Shown here one piece after another: positions 6,181 through 9,215 of a DNA stretch of 9,215 bases (the first letter of the stretch is position 1; each line of letters begins with the position of its first letter). This stretch comes from an uncultured archaeon (GTDB lineage: Archaea > Iainarchaeota > Iainarchaeia > Iainarchaeales > 0-14-0-20-30-16): the NCBI GenBank assembly GCA_964480435.1, contig CAYZSS010000001.1, positions 44,704 to 53,918 on the forward strand, in the 5' to 3' direction. The notes below the pieces were generated by a model. That model did not search any database, was not told the origin of the DNA, and saw only the letters and a program-made list of their open reading frames with translations. The translations under genes were made by a program, and so were the position numbers.

Positions 6181-7896
6181 ATGGGAAAAATACATCTTCT
6201 TGATTCAAGTACAATTAACAAAATAGCTGCCGGGGAAGTTATTGAAAGGCCAGCATCTGTTGTAAAAGAACTTGTAGAAAATAGCCTGGACGCTGAATCC
6301 AAAGAAATAACAATCAAACTAAGGGATGGCGGAAAAAAAGAGATAACTGTAATTGATGATGGGCAAGGAATGCCCGAGGACGACCTAAATCTCTCTATTT
6401 TAAGGCATGCCACATCAAAGATTAGTAACATTGAAGATATTTACTCTATTTATAGCTACGGGTTCCGAGGGGAAGCGCTAGCCACCATTGCCGATGTATC
6501 TAAACTTGAAATAACCACAGCTACTAGCGATATGGAACATTCAAATACAATTGTTGTTGAAAATGGGCAAATATTAAAGAAAACGCAGGCAGCACATAAG
6601 AGAGGTACAAGCATAAGTGTACAAAATTTATTTTACAATGTCCCTGCAAGACAAAAATTCTTAAAAACCAGCAACTATGAACTAAGAAAAATAATTGAAT
6701 GGATAAAAACAATTGCAATTTCAAATCCAACAGTTGATTTTAAAGTTTTTGTTGAAGGCAAGGAAATATATCATTTTTTCAAAAAACAAGGATACGAAGA
6801 AAGAATTAATGAAGTTAATTTTGATATTGCAAAAGAACTAGTTTCAGGAACATACAAAGACGCAATAATATCCGCTATTGCTTTTGTTACAAGACCCAAC
6901 AGAGTTAGCGAACATGGAACAACACAAATTTATGTTAATAACAGACCAATAAAGAATTTTTCAGTAATTTCTGCAATAAAAAAAGCATTTGAAGCAAAAA
7001 TCCCTCGTACTCATAAACCATCTGCCTTTATATTTTTAGAAATTAATCCAAAAGTTTTTGATGTTAATGTACATCCCCAAAAATTAGAAATAAGGGTAAG
7101 AGAAGACAGCATGTTATTTTTACCAGTTTATTATGCTGTAAAAAATGCACTTGAACAAATAAAAGAAGTTGAAATTGATAGAACAAGACCAACACAATTA
7201 ATTTCAAATATAAATCAGGAATTGGAAAATTCCGAAGTAATTTTTGAAAAAAAGGAGTTTGTTACAAATACAGCACAAAAAAGTTTACCATTTGTAAAAG
7301 AAATTAATTATACACCTACACATAAAGATTTTAGAATTATTGGACAGCTGTTCAACACCTACATTTTAATTGAAAAAAATAATTCCCTTTTTATTGTTGA
7401 TCAGCATGTTGCAGAAGAACGTTATAATTTTGAAAATATACAAAAACAGTATGACAAAGAAGCAGGATTATTGAAACAAGAAATGTTAGTTCCATTTAAT
7501 TTTCCTTTTTCTTTTGAGGATAGAAAAATTATTTTAGAAAACAAAGAAATTCTTGAAAAATTGGGGCTAGAAATTGATGAAATAAATGACGGGATAATTG
7601 TAAGATCTGTGCCATTAAAAATTAAAGATTTTGTAAACAAAGAAGAAATTAAAGAGTTGCTTAAAGAATTAGCAAATGACTTAAAAGCAGATTTAAAAGA
7701 AAAGCAAACTGGCTTATTTGCAACCATTGCTTGCAAAGCATCTGTAAAAGCAGGAGCTCCTTTAACTGAATTACAGATGGAAAAAATCATTATCAACTTA
7801 TTTTCCTGTGAAAATCCTTACACTTGCCCTCACGGGAGACCTATTTTTATTGAATTGAGCAAAGACAAAATAGAAAAAGAAGTACATAGAAAATAA
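6181..7896 (+). CDS. mutL: DNA mismatch repair protein MutL, endonuclease-proficient type
   Basis: GHKL ATPase motifs: AAGEVIERPASVVKELVENSLDA, DDGQGM, GFRGEALATI and GTSISVQNLFYNVPARQKFLK, plus DVNVHPQKLEIRV. C-terminal domain motifs: DQHVAEERYNFE (DQHA-x2-E-x4-E, 7399..7434), QEMLVP (7477..7494), ACKASVKAG and CPHGRP (7825..7842). Confidence 0.95.
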   Translation: MGKIHLLDSSTINKIAAGEVIERPASVVKELVENSLDAESKEITIKLRDGGKKEITVIDDGQGMPEDDLNLSILRHATSKISNIEDIYSIYSYGFRGEALATIADVSKLEITTATSDMEHSNTIVVENGQILKKTQAAHKRGTSISVQNLFYNVPARQKFLKTSNYELRKIIEWIKTIAISNPTVDFKVFVEGKEIYHFFKKQGYEERINEVNFDIAKELVSGTYKDAIISAIAFVTRPNRVSEHGTTQIYVNNRPIKNFSVISAIKKAFEAKIPRTHKPSAFIFLEINPKVFDVNVHPQKLEIRVREDSMLFLPVYYAVKNALEQIKEVEIDRTRPTQLISNINQELENSEVIFEKKEFVTNTAQKSLPFVKEINYTPTHKDFRIIGQLFNTYILIEKNNSLFIVDQHVAEERYNFENIQKQYDKEAGLLKQEMLVPFNFPFSFEDRKIILENKEILEKLGLEIDEINDGIIVRSVPLKIKDFVNKEEIKELLKELANDLKADLKEKQTGLFATIACKASVKAGAPLTELQMEKIIINLFSCENPYTCPHGRPIFIELSKDKIEKEVHRK

Positions 7897-7952
7897 TTAT
7901 TTGTATATGTCAACCCTGTGTCTAAATATTAGAAAAAACGAACTTAAACATT

Positions 7953-8222
7953 TTAATCCTCTTCGATTTCTTTTCTTAATTCCGCCATATTTTTACCCCT
8001 AAGGCCATATTTTTTTAGATGATCTTCTTCTATTTGTAATATTTCTTTTATTACTTCGTCTTTTACTTCTGGTTCAACATAATAATAACCATACTTTTTT
8101 GCAAAATAAATTAATGCCTGGGATTTATCTTTTAGACCATTTTTTTCTTTAATAACATCCAACACTCTATCAGTATAATTATCTATTCTTAAATTCACAT
8201 TAACAGTTTCACCCATCAGCAT
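7953..8222 (-). CDS. Small ribbon-helix-helix-like protein, antitoxin-like, with no adjacent toxin of its own
   Basis: The N-terminus VNVNLRIDNYTDRVLDVIKEKNGLKDKSQALIYFAKKY has a strand-helix-turn-helix (RHH) pattern. From memory it resembles the archaeal DUF2683 family consensus (I.I.e.tnrvLn.vKakygLkdKSeAi); I have not verified this. The C-terminal half is acidic. The start could be the ATG at 8222 or 8216. Confidence 0.55.
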   Translation of the reverse strand: MLMGETVNVNLRIDNYTDRVLDVIKEKNGLKDKSQALIYFAKKYGYYYVEPEVKDEVIKEILQIEEDHLKKYGLRGKNMAELRKEIEED

Positions 8223-8251
8223 CTGTCTCTACAATAATATATTATATTCAG

Positions 8252-8291
8252 AAACTTACATAAACTTATTTAAAATAAGTTAAAATAAGTT
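8252..8291. promoter_or_regulatory. Candidate operator: symmetric array of AACTTA / TAAGTT hexamers at 10-bp spacing
   Basis: AACTTA occurs at 8253..8258 and 8263..8268, and TAAGTT at 8276..8281 and 8286..8291. These include a perfect 9-bp-arm palindrome, AACTTATTT-a-AAATAAGTT (8263..8281), and a tandem AAAATAAGTT x2 (8272..8291). The array lies 30-70 bp upstream of the RHH-like gene start at 8222 and downstream of the vapC stop. Confidence 0.4.
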
Positions 8292-8321
8292 ATTACAATA
8301 GCAAAAAATTATAAAAACTTA

Positions 8322-8738
8322 CTAAAGAGGGTTGATAACAACCATATTTGCTACTTTTTTAAAATCTTTTTCATTTTCTGTAGCAATTTTTAATATGCTA
8401 TTTTCTTGCATTGTTGCAATTAAAAGAGAGTCAAAAAAGTGCACCTCTAATAAATCACACAATATATTTGCCCTCAATACTGTTTCGGCAGAATAACACA
8501 AAACATCGCAATTAGCACAAAATCCAGAAATATAATTATTTATAGTGTTCGGATCAACGTTGGGACTTACTTTTTCTTTTAATACTCTGGAAAACTCTAC
8601 TAAATTTTGTATACTTATTACCAAGTTTCCTTCCTTTATATTAGAAATTATAAATTCTTTTGCTTTGGCATGTTTATCCGAACCATCATTTACTGATGCA
8701 TAAATTAAAATATTTGTATCTGCCAAAATTTTAGTCAT
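8322..8738 (-). CDS. vapC: PIN-domain ribonuclease toxin VapC
   Basis: The N-terminus ILADTNILIY carries the first PIN acidic residue. Further conserved acidic positions appear in LVEFSRVL, FFDSLLIATM and TENEKDF. Length is 138 aa. The start overlaps the upstream RHH gene stop (ATGACTAA), a classic vapBC arrangement. Confidence 0.85.
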   Translation of the reverse strand: MTKILADTNILIYASVNDGSDKHAKAKEFIISNIKEGNLVISIQNLVEFSRVLKEKVSPNVDPNTINNYISGFCANCDVLCYSAETVLRANILCDLLEVHFFDSLLIATMQENSILKIATENEKDFKKVANMVVINPL

Positions 8739-8964
8739 AAATATCAGCCCTCTTAGAATACATTTTATAAGAACCTTTTACCCCTTTGGATAAAAGTAGC
8801 AAAAAACTTTCGCAAGAATTATTTTTTTTACTTGCTCTCAATTCATCTAAAGCGTCTTTTACTACCGTACTTATTGATCCTTTTTTTCCCCCATATTTTT
8901 GTTGTGCCAAAAATCTCAAAAAAGATTCATCTGACTCTCTTAAAGAAACCATAATATTGCCCAT
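8731..8964 (-). CDS. vapB: Ribbon-helix-helix (CopG-like) antitoxin VapB
   Basis: MVSLRESDESFLRFLAQQKYGGKKGSISTVVKDALDELR fits an RHH fold: beta-strand, helix, G-rich turn, helix. The gene overlaps vapC by 8 nt. The start is the ATG at 8964 or 8952. Confidence 0.7.
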   Translation of the reverse strand: MGNIMVSLRESDESFLRFLAQQKYGGKKGSISTVVKDALDELRASKKNNSCESFLLLLSKGVKGSYKMYSKRADIYD

Positions 8965-8981
8965 AAAATCACCACATAAAT

Positions 8982-9001
8982 ATATTGATACATATTGATA
9001 C
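8982..9001. repeat. Perfect tandem 2 x 10 bp repeat ATATTGATAC in the vapB promoter; candidate operator
   Basis: atattgatac occurs at 8982..8991 and again at 8992..9001. A third TTGATAC box lies at 9031..9037. The tandem pair sits 18-37 bp upstream of the vapB ATG (8964), between it and a TATA-like sequence around 9008..9020. Confidence 0.5.
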
Positions 9002-9132
9002 TATAGATATCTTTATATCTTTTTCTAAAATTTGATACGTTTATTTCTGCTTCGCTGCCACAAATACTTTTATATATTTATATACTATAATTTTATTGTC
9101 TTTAATCTAAAGACCATGTGTAAGAGTGATTT

Positions 9133-9215
9133 ATGATGGTAAATAGGGTTTTACTTGGAGTATTTTCTATATTTTTTGTTTTTATCTTTATAGGCATGGG
9201 TTTTTCCGCTTGCCC
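9133..9215 (+). CDS. 5' end of a secreted or lipoprotein-like protein (signal peptide only); continues beyond the window
   Basis: The ATG at 9133 opens MMVNRVLLGVFSIFFVFIFIGMGFSAC: a charged n-region, a hydrophobic core and a small-residue/Cys end, which looks like a lipobox. An AT-rich TATA-like region (ttttatatatttatatacta) lies about 40-65 bp upstream. Only 27 codons are visible. Confidence 0.35.
   Translation, partial: MMVNRVLLGVFSIFFVFIFIGMGFSAC

Noticed and set aside
5877-7796. Minus-strand ORFs 5877..6074, 6153..6431, 6524..6730 and 7422..7796
   Set aside because: They are antisense shadows of aEF-1beta and mutL, for the same reasons as above.
8786-8998. 70-aa plus-strand ORF opposite vapB
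   Set aside because: It is antisense to the RHH antitoxin gene, which has a coherent fold pattern and an operon overlap with vapC. The plus-strand product is low complexity.
1-9215. CRISPR arrays, transposases, integrases or known defence-system genes
   Set aside because: I saw no evenly spaced repeat-spacer structure and no ORF with recombinase, Cas or nuclease-helicase defence signatures. The only repeats are the short ones reported above.

Overview
This is a low-GC archaeal chromosomal segment, about 30% G+C by hand counts of sampled lines. The proteins are small and the genes tightly packed, which suggests a reduced-genome, DPANN-like archaeon; that lineage call is inference only. Most of the window is conserved information-processing genes. 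Left to right: a 3'-truncated RPA (minus strand, missing from the supplied ORF track because it runs off the window edge), divergent from a plus-strand run of PriS primase, Gins51-type GINS, ribosomal protein S27e, aIF2-alpha and a PAC2-family proteasome-assembly chaperone. This matches the known archaeal replication-translation gene cluster, here without L44e and Nop10. Next come an orphan methyltransferase-like ORF, a minus-strand tRNA-Arg(UCG), a COG2888-type double zinc-ribbon protein with aEF-1beta, and a full-length endonuclease-type MutL. The right end is accessory-looking: an RHH-like small protein, a vapBC (RHH antitoxin plus PIN toxin) pair, and the start of a signal-peptide protein. 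I found no CRISPR array, integrase, transposase or recognisable defence operon, and I cannot support a claim of a novel multi-gene system. The best leads are: (1) a perfect 22-bp copy of the tRNA-Arg 3' end lying 67 bp downstream of the intact tRNA, possibly an att-site scar or a structured RNA; (2) a lone bacterial-type MutL with intact nuclease and clamp-binding motifs in an archaeal context; (3) an RHH-PIN-RHH array with ordered repeat arrays in both promoter regions; (4) a methyltransferase-like ORF with a degenerate SAM motif and slightly higher GC.
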